A DNA stretch of 64,000 bases from the human T2T-CHM13v2.0 reference genome, Homo sapiens. The DNA lies in contig CP086569.2 of the NCBI GenBank assembly GCA_009914755.4, forward strand, positions 20,480,001 through 20,544,000, read 5' to 3'. The position numbers and the translations under genes are program-made. Of the stretch, positions 31,271 through 43,961 are shown piece after piece; positions within the stretch are counted from its first letter, which is position 1, and each line of letters opens with the position of its first letter. Under the pieces are notes generated by a model. That model did no database searches, was not told where the DNA came from, and was given only the letters and a program-made list of their open reading frames with translations.

Positions 31271-32721
31271 TCATTTAAATGTAAATGATGTTAAGAAAAA
31301 CCAAAACAGTAGCATATGCAGGCAAGTCATTGGACCAATAGGCTTAATATTTATGAAACTGACAATTGTTCTGCTTTAGTTTCAGGTTACAATTATGTTT
31401 AAAGAAAAAAAAATCAGTATCTAGATCTCTGCACTTGGCATGGAAAATTTTGAACTATTTATTCCTTAATTTTCTTTTATTTCAGTTTCTCATAGAGCTA
31501 AATGGTTTTACATATATTCTCTTGTCAGATTTGTGGTCTAATAGAGGTAGAAAATGGAAATTTTCCCAGTACTTAGAAATATGGTACTTAGGAAGAAGTC
31601 TAGGATGTGAATTACATATACACTTCCCCTAGTGACTATGATAATCAAGGGGGCAGATAGCAGAGGAAAATAAGTTAACATGAAATTTGACAAATTTTAT
31701 TACTTTGCCAAAATTAGCAAAACAAAAATACTCACCTTCCCCTGCTCACCCCCCAACTTTTTATAAATATTCAATTCAGCTACAAAACAAAATACTGGAC
31801 CCACTTCTTTCAGAAGAGATGAAGATACCTTATATGCCCTAAAGTTAATACCAGCAGTCATATTTTATCAGATGTAAATCTGGATGTAAGCTCTTAATGT
31901 TATACTAAGGCAGTTTCTTAGGCTGTGACACTTCTTTGTGGTACTTGTTTTGTGTGAAAGGTAAATTTTGGGGAGAAAACAATGTGAAAAACAGAACTTG
32001 TTCTGTTGTTTTTGGCATACTGTTTATGTTAGATACACTGTGTTACAATACAATATTACGAAGATCTGCATTGTATTTTGGAATTTGGTTTCCTTTCAGA
32101 ATTATTGCTCTGGCTAGCATTGGAAACAACAACAACAACAAAACCCAAAGGAACCCTTTGCAGAAGATTCCCTTGTAAATGGCCCTGTGGCATGCCCAGT
32201 ATCTGCAATGTTCTAGAATAGAAGTTGGCAAACCTCTCTGTTTGCCAAGCCTGCAGAGTTGAACATGTCCATAAATGTATACAATCTGACCCTGTTTTTT
32301 GGCCCTGTTTCTGGACACTGTAGCTGACCAAGAAAATGTTTAAATGTTGCGATCAATTAAATTTTTTTGTTGTATCATTCTGGAGTTGTAATATGTATAG
32401 TGGCAGGGGATTCCAAGCTATAGAAAAAACATGAGTCTAGAATGACAGAGTGTGTCATCTTCAAATGTGTATTAATATATTTCTTGATGATGAGACCAAT
32501 ATTTCTAAGTTAATGGAACTATTTTATTACACCTGATAATCACAGTTCAATTCTTGTCTGTTGCAGAATTATCTACCTCTTTCAAACTGTAAATGAAAAT
32601 AACTGTGAAAAAAAGGATGCAGTACTGATAAAAACACTGCTTTGTTTTTATCTCACCTCTTTTTTAAGGATATGATTTTATAAGAGGCAGTTCTCTTTTG
32701 CTTTTCAAGACTTCTGTAGAG

Positions 32722-32767
32722 TTTGTGTTTTTTGTTTTTGTTTTTGTTTTTGTTTTTGTTTTTTTAC
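32722..32767. repeat. (GTTTTT)n simple repeat
   Basis: gtttgtgttttttgtttttgtttttgtttttgtttttgttttttt. Confidence 0.9.
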
Positions 32768-33312
32768 CTAATGTGAATCTTATTTTATCTACTCAACTTC
32801 GTTCAGGTTAACTAAAGATATAGATATAATGGTTAATATAGTAGCCTCTGTGTATTCTTTATAATGAATGTCACCTCAACTGTGTAACAGTGAAGTTCAA
32901 AAATAACTGTTGGAAAAAGTTACTATTTTTAAGGTCTTAAAAAACATAGTTAATTGCACAATTTAAAGATGCGTTACCATCTGGTTAGTTGGCAAAAATA
33001 ACTTCATTCAGTCAGATCTCTGTTAGCATGGCCACTCCCAAACCCCCATTCAAAATAGGTGACCTACCCCTTTTAAAGTGGGTTACTTTAAGATTTCTGT
33101 AGTTTAACTTCTGGCAAGGCTTTTAAGAATCACAGTATTCAAGAAATTTTCTACTATCAGTTAACCTTAGCCTATCCAAATTTACTGGGAACTGAATAGA
33201 TATAAATAGCAGGTGATACTTGTATAAAGAATTTCAGTGTCTTATTATTTAGTCATGGGTGAGCAAAAGTTAATATAACATTATGTAAACAATTAGATAG
33301 CTTTTACTTTCT

Positions 33313-33838
33313 AGACCAGGGGTTCCCAACCCCCAACTGGTAGTGATCATGGCCTGTTAGGAACCAGGATGCACAGCAGGAGGTGAGCAGCAAGTGGGCA
33401 AGTCAAGCTTCATCTTTATTACAGCCACTCCCCGTTGTGACATTACTGCCTGAACTCCACCTCCTGTAAGATCAACAGCAACATTAGATTCTCATTGGAG
33501 CACTAACCCTGTTGTGCCCTATGCATGTGAGTGATCTATCTTGCATGCTCCTTATAAGAATCTAATGCCTGATGATCTGTCCCCCAAGATGGGACTGTCT
33601 AGTTGCAGGAAAACAAGCTCACAGCTCCCACTGATTCTATATTATGGTGAGTTGTATAATTGTTTTATTATGTATTACAATGTAGTAATAATAGAAATAA
33701 AGTGCAAAATAAATATTATGCATTGAACCATTCCCAAACCATCCTCCTCCCTCCAGCCCCTCAACTGCCCTGTCTGTGGAAAAAATTGTCTTCTATGAAA
33801 CCTGTACCTGCATCCAGAAAAGTTGGGGACTGCTGTTC
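33313..33838. mobile_element. Non-autonomous DNA transposon (MITE-like) with terminal inverted repeats caggggttcccaac / gttggggactgctg
   Basis: Left end ccaggggttcccaacccccaactggtagtgatcatggcctgttaggaaccagg…. Right end …ccagaaaagttggggactgctg. The internal palindromic, AT-rich core matches a human interspersed DNA-element family I recognise but cannot name with certainty. Confidence 0.6.
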
Positions 33839-34566
33839 TAGACAACACTGAAGGAAAAGTTGAGGCACTTTTAAAAGAGATCAAGAAGTAATGTAATGGA
33901 AAATAGAAATAGGGAGAGCCAAGAATCAGTTTCTATTGAAACAGCCATTAAATAGGCAACAACATCAACTCTTTTGGAACTCTGGAATCTAATATAAACA
34001 GAGACCCCAGGGTACTACTTAGTTTAGAATGAAGAGACTGCTAAAGTTCTCTAAGGATTGTGGCATTTGACTACCTGCCTATTATCCTATATTGTCCACC
34101 TTGGCAATAGTTGTGGAGACAGCAGCCCCACATTACTGGTATAGCTTACTGGCTTTAACAATGTGAATGAAATAAGAACATAACTTGAAGTTAATTTTTT
34201 AAAAAAAGATATCAAAATTTGTGGGTGTAGTAAAAGGAAACTCAGAGCAATGAATATTTGTAAATACATTATAAGATAAGAAAGATCTTCAATTAATAAC
34301 ATGTTCATACCTTAAGGAAAAAGGAAAAAGCAAACTACTAGCTACCAGAGGAAGGAAATCAATATTAGGGTATAGATATGTGAAGCAGATAATATAAAAA
34401 TAATAGAATCTATGAAACCAATGGTTCCTTCTTGGAAAAAGATCAAAGTTGTCAAACCTTTAACTGAACTTCCCGAAAATGAAAGAAGATGTAAATAAGT
34501 AAAATTAGAAATGAAAGTCGGGACATTACTACTCCACAGTAAAAATGGCTATAAGAAAATACTATG

Positions 34567-34855
34567 GAGCCAGGTGTGGTGGCTCACACCTGTAATGCTA
34601 GCACTTTGGTATGCTGAGGCAAGTGGATCGCTTGAGTTCAGGAGTTCAAGACCAGCCTGGGTAACATAGCAAATGCCTGTCTCTACAAAAAAATACAAAA
34701 TTAGCCAGTGGTAGTGGATGCCTGTAGTCCTAGCTACCTGGGTGGCTGAGGCAGAAGGATCCCCTGAGCCCAGGAGTTGGAGTCTACAGTGAGTTGTGAT
34801 CCTGACGGTGCACTCCAGCCTGGGCAACAGAGGGAGACACTGTCTCAAAACAGAA
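34567..34855 (+). mobile_element. Alu SINE (plus)
   Basis: gccaggtgtggtggctcacacctgtaatgctagcactttgg… gcactccagcctgggcaacagagggagacactgtctcaaaa. Confidence 0.9.
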
Positions 34856-34914
34856 AATACTGTGAACAATTGTATGCCAACAAATTAGATAATTTTGATG
34901 AAATGTATACATTC

Positions 34915-36512
34915 TTTTTTTATATACTTTAAGTCTGGGGTACATGTGCAGAATGTGCAGATTTGTTACATAGGTATACACATGGAATGGTGGTTTGCTG
35001 CACCCATCAACTGATCATCAACATTAGGTATTTCTCCTAAAGCTATCCGTCACCTAGCCCCCCACCCCACAACAGGCCCTGGTGTGTGATGTTACCCTCC
35101 CTGTGTCCATGTGTTCTCATTGTTCAACTCCCACTTATGAGTGAGAACCTCTTCCCCTTCCGCTTCCCTTCCCTCCCTTTTTATCTGAGGTGGAGTCTCA
35201 GTGTGTCACCAAGCAGGCACGATCTCATCTCACTGCAACCTCCACTTGAGTTCAAGCAATTCCTCTGTCTCAGCCTCCCAAGTGGCTGGGACTATAGGCC
35301 TGCATCACCATGCCCAGCTAATTTCTGTATTTGTAGTAGAGATAGGGTTTCACCATGTTGGTCAGGATGGTCTCGATCTCTTGACCACAGATGGTCCACT
35401 TGCCTCGGCCTCCCCAAATGCTGGAATTACAGGCATGAGCCACCAGGCCTGTCCTTGGTTTTCTGTTGTTGTGTTGGTTTGCTGAGAATGATGATTTCCA
35501 GCTTCATCCATGTCCTTACAAAGGACGTGAACTCATTCTTTTTCATGGCTGCATACTATTCCATGGTATATATGTACCACATTTTCTTTATCCAGTCTAT
35601 CACTGATGGGCATTTGGGTTGGTTCCAAGGCTTTGCTATTGCAAATAGGACTGCAATAAACATAAGTGTGCATGTGTCTTTATAGCAGAATGATTTATGA
35701 TCCTTTGGGAATATATCCAGTAATGGGATTGCTGGGTCAAATGGTATTTCTGCGTCTAGATCCTTGAGAAATTGCCAAACTGTCTTCCACAATGGTTGAA
35801 CTAATTTACACTCACACCAACAGCATAAAAGCATTTCTGTTTTTCAGTGGCTTCGCCAGCATCTGTTGTTTCCTGACTTTTTAATAATTGCCATTCTAAC
35901 TGGTGTGAGATGGTATCTCATTGTGTTTTTGATTTGCCTTTCTCTAATCGCCAGTGATGATGAGCTTTTTTTCTGTTTTTTGGCTGCATAAATGTCTTCT
36001 TTTGAGAAATATCTGTTCATGTCATTTGCTCACTTTTTGATGGCGTTGTTTGTTTTTTTTTAACTGTAAATTTGTTTAAGTTTCTTGTAGATTCTAGATA
36101 TTAGACTTGTTTGTCAAATGGGTAGCTTACAAAAGTTTTCTCCCATCCTGTACATTGCCTGTTCACTCTTATGATAGTTGCTTTCGCTGTGCCGAAGATC
36201 TGTTGTTCAGTTAGATTCCATTTGACAATTTTGGCTTTTGTCGCCATTGCTTTTGGTGTTTCAGACATGAGGTCTTTGCCCGTGCCTATGTCCTGAATGG
36301 TATGTGCCAAATTTTCTTTATCCAGTCTATCATTGATGGGCCCTTGGGTTGGTTCCAAGTATTTGCTATTGTAAACAGTGCCACAATAAACATACATGTG
36401 CATGTGTCTTTATAGTAGCATAATTTATAAACCTTCGGTTATATACCCAGTAATGGGATTGCTATGTCAAATGATATTTCTAGTTCTAGATCCTTGAGGA
36501 ATCGCCACATGA
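34915..36512 (-). mobile_element. LINE-1 3' fragment (minus) with internal about 200-bp segmental duplication, interrupted by an Alu (35170-35454, minus)
   Basis: ttatatactttaagtctggggtacatgtgcagaatgtgcagatttgttacataggtatacacatgg… (reverse complement of the L1 3' end). The Alu is ttttatctgaggtggagtctcagtgtgtcaccaagcaggc…ggaattacaggcatgagccaccaggcctgtcc. The block ttctttatccagtctatcaytgatggg…caaatggtatttctrgttctagatccttgag occurs at both about 35585-35780 and about 36310-36510. Confidence 0.9.
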
Positions 36513-36582
36513 TCTAGCACAGAAAATCTGGAACAGAGCTATAAGAAACAGACTGAATCAGTAATCAAAACACTCACACTTC

Positions 36583-36750
36583 TGGGCCCCGGGGCTCATG
36601 TTTATAATTCCAGCCTTTTCAGAGGCTGAGGTGGGTAGATCTCTTCAGCGTGGGAGGATGAGGCAGCAGTGAGCTGAGATGACAGCACTGCACTCCAGCC
36701 TGGATAACAGAGTGAGACCCTTTCTCACAAAAATACACACACAAAAAACA
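36583..36750 (+). mobile_element. Alu-like monomer/fragment (plus)
   Basis: ggccccggggctcatgtttataattccagccttttcagaggctgaggtgggtagatc…gcactccagcctggataacagagtgagaccctttctcacaaaaa. Confidence 0.7.
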
Positions 36751-36989
36751 AAAAATACTCCTTACACAAACTAAGACCTGATAGCTTCAATGTCCAAAAA
36801 ATGGAAAAAGAGTGAACACTTCCAACCTCATTCTATAAAACACTACTCTGATAAAAACAATCTTCATGATCATATAGACTGATACAGAAAAGTCATTTTA
36901 AAGTACCATCCTTCCATGACTAAAAACACTCAAAAACTAGAAATAAGGGGAACATAGGAACTTTCTTAACATGATAAAGGACTTCCTCA

Positions 36990-37197
36990 AACAAGCCACA
37001 CTGCAGCCTTGACCTCCTGGGCTCAAAAAATCCACCTGCCTCAGCCTCTCATGTAACTGGGACTACAGGCATGCACCACCATGACTGGCTTTCATTTTGT
37101 TGCCCAGGCTTGTCTCAAACTCCTGTAATCAAGTGACACTCCTACCTCAGCCTCCCCAAATCCTGGGATTGTAGACCTGAGCCACCATGCTTGGCTA
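36990..37197 (-). mobile_element. Alu fragment (minus)
   Basis: …gcagccttgacctcctgggctcaaaaaatccacctgcctcagcctct…ctgggattgtagacctgagccaccatgcttggct. Confidence 0.8.
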
Positions 37198-39546
37198 AGA
37201 GCATTTAGAAAACACAATTAACATTTAAGTTATTACTAACTATAGGCACCTTGTGAATTGCATGCCTATATCAAAACATCTCATGTACCCCCCATAAATA
37301 TATATACCTACTACGCAATAACAAAAAAAATGTAAAAACCACAATTAAAGTACTTGAACAACAGTCTTCCCCTGAGGTTAAGAACAAGAAAAGTCTCTTA
37401 TTTTTTAGTATTTTATTGATTTTCAAGGTTTTAAAAATCACACAAACACTACATGATTTTATAAGAATTACCATTACTGCAATAAGTGAAAAATGTAACT
37501 AACAAAATTGTTATCATTCTCCTGTCCTCACCCTCTCAGTCCCCAGAGGAGCCTCCTGTAAAGGATACCCATTTTTACTTTTTATAAGACATACAGTATT
37601 TTATGAGTATTTTACGAGACTTACAAGCCATAAGAGTTAGGCCAGGAAAAGACATGACATTACCATATAACAGGTATTTGTGTCTTTATATACCAGCAAT
37701 GAAATTGGTGAAAGTTTTCAAAATTGAAAATTTAGAAAATAATTTTAATTACAATGTTTTGAGAGTAACATATACTCAAATTTATTGAGAGGTAAATTAC
37801 TTGTACACAGAAAACTACAAAATAGTGCTGAAAATAATTAAAGAAGTTCTTAAGTAAATAGAAAGATATGCCATATTCATAAAATATGTTATTAAAAGTC
37901 TAAAGGCTTTTAATGCAAAAATGGAAAAGCCCATCCTCAGAATTATATAGAATTGCAAGGAATCCCAAATAATCAAGTTGAAAGACTCACACTGCTTGAT
38001 TTCAACACCTACAATAAGCCAGTAATTGAAATAGTGCAATAGAATAAAAATAGTCATATAAATCAATTTAATAGAATTGATAATTAAGGACAAACTTGTC
38101 TCTCTATGCCTAATTGATTTTCAACAAAGGTGCCTAAGATAATTTGATTGGGCTTTGGCACTTCTAGAAATGGTGCTGGAAGAAAAGAAGAGCTCTATGT
38201 AAAAGAATGACATCATGCTTGTTTCTTATATAATTAAGATGGCTCAAAAACCTAGATGCAACAGCTAAAACTATACAATTTAGAATTAAACATAGGAAAC
38301 TACTTGAATAAAATCTTTATGTCCTTGAGTTTGGCATTAAATTCTTAGTTATGACACCAAAAGCATGAGCAAATAATAATAATAATAAAATTGGACCTCA
38401 AAATTAAAAAGTTTATTGCATCAAAAAATTAGAAAGTAAGTAGATAAATATTTGTAAATATTTTGTCTCATTTTATAGATTTATGTCTCATAAAATATGT
38501 CTCCTCTATAAAATTAGACAATATTTCTGTGTTATGTATGTAATAAGAATATGGTATATATATAAAAAAACAACAAAAACCAAATTGGAAAAAATAACTT
38601 GAAAGATTTCTGCATAAAATCTGCATGAAAAGATGTTCAATGTTAGTAATCATTAGGAAAATGCAAATGAAAATAATATTTTTATTAATATTTTATTTCT
38701 TGCAAAGACAATCAAGAACTGCTCAAGAGAACAAACATAAAAGTTATTCTTGAATATTTGCAAACAAGAATTTTAAGAAAATAAGGACCTTAATGGTTAA
38801 CTTAATGGGGAATTTCCTGCTACTTGCATTTTTAAGATAGATACATTTCTTAAGCGACAATTTGTTCCTTAATAGCTAAAATATTATACAAGAAAGTAGC
38901 TCATTTAAAAGTGCTGGAATTAGGGTTTAATGAATGATATGCCTTATTTCTCACTTGCATTTTGCACTTGAAAAATCAAGCTTTCATGTAGAATTACATT
39001 CAATGGAGGATATTTTAAAAGTAGTCCCCAACTCTGCAACAATATTTTCAAGGAAGTCAAGTCATTCCAAACACTGAGAAATAATTCCTTGTACTTTAGG
39101 TTGAAGACATTTGATACCCCGGTTCCAATCCTCTGATGTCTGGCTCTTCATCTTTGTAAATATTTTCAGCCTAGAGATAATAAAATTAATTCAAGAGTAA
39201 TGTGGTTTGAATGTTTGTCCAGATTAAATACAGCATATAACAACTGTGTATAATCGTATTTTTGATTAGTTGTTCCAAAATTATTTGGTTAATTATTCAC
39301 TAAAATTTATTCAAAAATGATGCTAGCATTGGAAATTTGGTTTGGACTTTTGGACTTATTTGGAGGGGAATGTATTTACTCATTTCACTTCTCTGTTTTT
39401 CTCCCAGCACTTCAATAACTTCATGAGAAAAAGGCAAGGCAGGTATCTTCAAAAGTTATTTGCAAGTGTATAATAACATATATATCAGCAACCCATGCAC
39501 TACTTTCATTTGTTATTCATACAACATTTTGAAAAAGCATTTTCAG

Positions 39547-40130
39547 GAGGGAGGAGCCAAGATGTCTGAATAAGGAACAGCTCTGGGCTACCGCTCCCAA
39601 CGTGAGCGACACAGAAGACGGGTGATTTCTATATTTCCAACTGAGGGAGGTACCGGGTTCATCTCACTGGGGAGTGCCAGACAGTAGGTGCAGGACAGTG
39701 GGTACTGTGCACTGTGCGTGAGCCAAAGCAGGGTGAGGCATCGCCTCACCTGGGAAGCACAACGGGTCAGGGAATTCCCTTTCCTAGTCAAAGAAAGTGG
39801 TGACAGACAGCACCTAGAAAATTGGGTCACTCCCACCCTAATACTGCGCTTTTCCAACAGGCTTAAAAAACAGCGCACCAGGAGATTATATCCCGCACCT
39901 GGCTTGGAGGGTCCTACCCCACAGAGCATCGCTCATTGCTAACACAGCAGTCGGAGATCAAACTGCAAGGCGGCAGCCAGGCTAGGGGAGGGGTGCCAGC
40001 CATTGCCGAGTTCGTTGTGTGATTAGGTAAACAAAGCAGTGGGAAGCTCGAACTGGGTGGAGCCCACCACAGCTCAAAGAGGCCTGCCTGCCTCTGTAGG
40101 CTCCACCTCTTGGGGGCAGGGCACAGACAA
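39547..40130 (+). mobile_element. LINE-1 5'UTR-only fragment (plus), ends abruptly at about 40130
   Basis: gggaggagccaagatgtctgaataaggaacagctctgggctaccgctcccaacgtgagcgacacagaagacgggtgatttct… to …ggctccacctcttgggggcagggcacagacaaacaaaa = L1PA 5'UTR from its first base. ORF1 does not follow. Confidence 0.9.
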
Positions 40131-41499
40131 ACAAAATGGCAATTACCTGATGACCCAAAAGTTACTACCCTTGAGTTCTTTTCTGGGCAAAGCAAAGAAC
40201 ACTCCCAGACTAAGCCCCAATTTGGGGCTCACCTGCATTGTATCAGTTTGGTGTCCAACATGGGACAAAGAAGAATATGACAGTGTGAAAGTTGGTGATG
40301 GCGTCATCAGTGAGGTGATGTCAAGAGAAGACAAATTTGTGAGAGTAAGGCAATCAGTGAGACTATGAGAAGAAAAACAGTGAGATGTGGTGAAGCAATT
40401 GGTGATTGAGTCTCCAAAAGCTCTCTGTTAACACTTAAAACCTGTAACAAAAACCAAAGGCTCTTTGTAGAACAATCATTTTCCCTGGCAGGCAGCAGAG
40501 CCAAGTGGACAGGCATAGTGCTGCTGTCTCTGGTGAGACAGGAACAATGCTGCTACCTCATGTGGGACCCACTGCTCTAACTGGCAGGCTTCTGGGTTAC
40601 CAGTCCTCATACTGGCCCCTCCTTCAGTGGCACCTGTTCCCACTCAGTTTTTTATTTAGAAAATTCCCAAACTTCATTATTGGTGGCCTATAATGAAGCT
40701 GAGGGATCCTGGAGAGACCTTAACCCAGGTTCCACATAGATCAGTCAGTACCATCTTGGCTTCTGTGGATGGATAAGTATTCTTTCTGCATGCCACCCCC
40801 TCTATAGTATCGACATAACTACAGAATAAAAGCCTTTGGTTAAGTGGTCAGTTAGAAGTTCCTCATCATTAGAGTGCCCCGGAGTATACCTCTGTCACCT
40901 CTTCCCCATAATCCTTTCTTCTCTGACTCCATTTTATTGTTTCCTTAGACATTTTATTTTCAGTTCTAAAATGGATATTTTCTTTGCAATGTTATATTTG
41001 CTTTTGACATTCTGTTAACTGTTTGTGCAAGTGTCCAAGGCAAGACACTTGGTTGTATGAGGTCCCCTATTGTTTTGACTCTGGGATGCCAGAGTCATGT
41101 TGTTCAGTGACCCCAACTTGGTCTTGGGTTCACTGTTTGCTACCCCACTGGTGCCCCAGAGTTCTTGGCATTTGGGGACACACCTTGGCAGAAATTCAGG
41201 CTCTGTGTTTTCAGTTTTGATATTGGTTGCCCTCTCACATGCCCTGGGATTTTCAGCATTGACATTCCATGTAGGATTGTGAGTTTTGTAGACATTGTTT
41301 GGGGGAATATTGATCTCATCTTTTTCTTTCTGAAGTTAGAAGTTATTTTTATAAAAGCCAGTTGCAGGCCCCTTTTTGTTTGCTTACTGCTGTCTTTCTC
41401 AAACCCCTCGTGGTCAAAGGCATTGGGAGTTTCCAGTTCCCTTGCCTGATGTATGGTTACCTACAGTGGTATACAAGTGGCCATCTGAATATTTTTATG

Positions 41500-43930
41500 G
41501 TATCTCTGCTATAGGGTAGATTCACTGGCAAGTATGTAGATTTGCTGGCAAGTATGGGCCTTTGAGATCTTCCCCTGGGCAACACTGTTTACTCTTGTCT
41601 TCCTCCCTTCTTCAGTCACATTTGTTTAGCCATGCTCTCTGCCCAACCCTTGCTCTCTGTGGAATTTAGGTTCAACATCCAATTGCCCATTAGTAGCTCA
41701 TAGTCCACTTTCATGATGCCTTGCTGTGTATATTTTGTGGAAAGTGGGAATTTAAAAGGAAAAAGTAATGAAATATTTGCTAAAGAGAAGCTAACTAAAA
41801 CCCCCTGTAGATCTTTACAGGTGATCTGTAAGAGATTCTTACTAGACATAGGACCGACAGCAACCATCCTGAAGAACTTGGCACTAGAGTGTTCTTTAGA
41901 CAAATGGAGTAAATGCAAATTATTAGATAAGTTGAAAACGAAAAATCCCATTTACTATTTCAATAACGTTTGGGTTCAGTACAAAATTGCAATCCAACAG
42001 ATTTGGCCTAGGCATGGTTCTTTATATTATAATGATATTGTACAATCATATTTGCTTTGTAGAAAGGAGATAAGATGGGAAGAACTTTATTATGTGCAGG
42101 CTTTTTGGCCCTCTATCGGGATCTTAACCTAAGGGCTCGCTGTAGAATGTGTCTGGCTTGTGATACTCTCAGACATCCAGAAGCTGCATTAGATATGCTA
42201 CAGGACCTCCTAGTAGCTGCTCCCCTGGTATGTGTATGATCTTCCCTTCAGAGTCTCCTCAGTGCCCTAGTTCTGAGGGAGCACACTAGTTATTAAGTGC
42301 AGAATTTCACCACAAGGTCATAAGTCACTCCTTCACCTTATCCAACAAGCCCTGGCCTATATCCTCCACTGTCTAATGAAGTAAGCCCAACCAGTACTGC
42401 CAGGATTGAGGTCCCACATTAGTCCCCAAAATCAAACTTGTGTCTATTGTGGGAAGTAACTGATGGAGATAGATGAACAATAGAAGTATATGTGCTTTTT
42501 TTCATGTCTGATCTGGCTGTATGCAAGGAATAAATTGCTCAGTTTTCAGAGGATTTAGGGAATTTTGTAGAGGAGTTTGTGAAGTTGACAATATCCTCTA
42601 TTTAATTGGCTTGGCATGCAAATATTATTATCCACTGGTACTGTAGATGAATAACAAAGAATTCCAGGTACTACTTATAAACATACATACAGAATGGCTG
42701 TGTGTATCCCAGGCCATGCCATTTATCATGTAGCAGGAGAGGCAGTTCCAGATCTAGACCTAAGTGGGATTACCAGTAAAGATTTCAAGATCTCAAATGC
42801 AGAAATCACATACTAACTTGTTTAGTTATAAGACAATGTGTGCGATTAATTCAGTTAATTATGATAAAGTAAGAAAAATAACTCAGGAAAAAGAGGAAAA
42901 TCCCAGTCTAATTCAGGGCTTTTTGGTTGAGGCAGTCAGGAAATATACCAATATAGACCCTGACTCCCTGGAAGTGTGAGCTCTTCTGGGGGTGCATTTT
43001 ATTACTCAGTCTGCCCCCTGACATTTGGATAAAGCAAGAAGTAGCAATTTGACCCTAACACCCCTGAGACACTCCTAGGCATTGCCTTTGGGTTTGCAAA
43101 AATAGGGATAGGGCAGAGGAAGAGGCAAAAATCAAAAGAACTGTCTAGACAGCACAACTGTTACTGGCAACTTTAGGCCCACTCCTGCCTCAGAGTTACC
43201 CTCCTCAAAGAAATGTGTGACATTGGCATCTAGGGTGCTCAGATGAGAGTCCCTCACTTACCAGCCTCTAGGTCAAAAACAGCACTTGTCTTCTGTTTGC
43301 AAGAAGGTCACTGGAAGGATTGCACCAGGATAAAAAGGGAGTTTGAGACATTCAGACTCATAATGGCCAAAAAAGTAGAGAACCTATAAGGCCTAACATT
43401 CTCTATATCTCCCACTGGACAACTTACCATCTCCACAGAGGAGCCTCAAGTAACCCTTGATATAGCAGACAAAAATATTGAGTTCTTATTGGACACAGGA
43501 GATGCCTACTCAGTTTTAACCCATTTCCCAGGGCTACTGTTTTCCCACTCCTGTACAGTAACAGGAACTGATGGCCAGCCAAGAATGAAGAGATTCACCC
43601 ACCCACTTTGTTGCTTTGTAAAGGACCATATATTTTGCCATAGGTTTTTAATATTATACCTGAGTGTTTTATCCTATTATGAGAGACCTGTTTTCCAAGT
43701 TACACATCACAGCTCACTTTAAAGTGCTCTGTGAGAGGGCAACAGGCCAGAAGGAACAGTTCTCCTAGCTTCAAATACTTGCCTTTACACAGATATGGAG
43801 AAGAACTGCCTTCCATGACATATTGCTTCTCTAGTAGACCCCTCTGTTTGAGACATGGAAGTTTCTAGTACAACTGTTAATGTACCCCCAGTCCAGACTG
43901 TCCTAAAACCCAGTGTTAATTACCCGTGGG

Positions 43931-43961
<31 letters not shown>

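Noticed and set aside
30685-33300. Attempt to place the poly(A) site/3'UTR end of the taxilin gene
   Set aside because: No canonical AATAAA within the first about 1.6 kb after the stop. An ATTAAA near 32357 and several A-rich stretches exist, but I cannot choose among them without expression data, so no terminator feature is reported.
35086-35685. 199-aa plus-strand ORF, the longest non-L1 ORF in the track
   Set aside because: It runs through an Alu (35170-35454) and L1 3' sequence. The peptide is the familiar Alu-antisense/L1-antisense translation artefact, not a gene.
40039-40368. 109-aa ORF spanning the L1 5'UTR/ERV boundary
   Set aside because: Straddles two unrelated repeat fragments. 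The translation has no gag/env signature. Regarded as a chance ORF.
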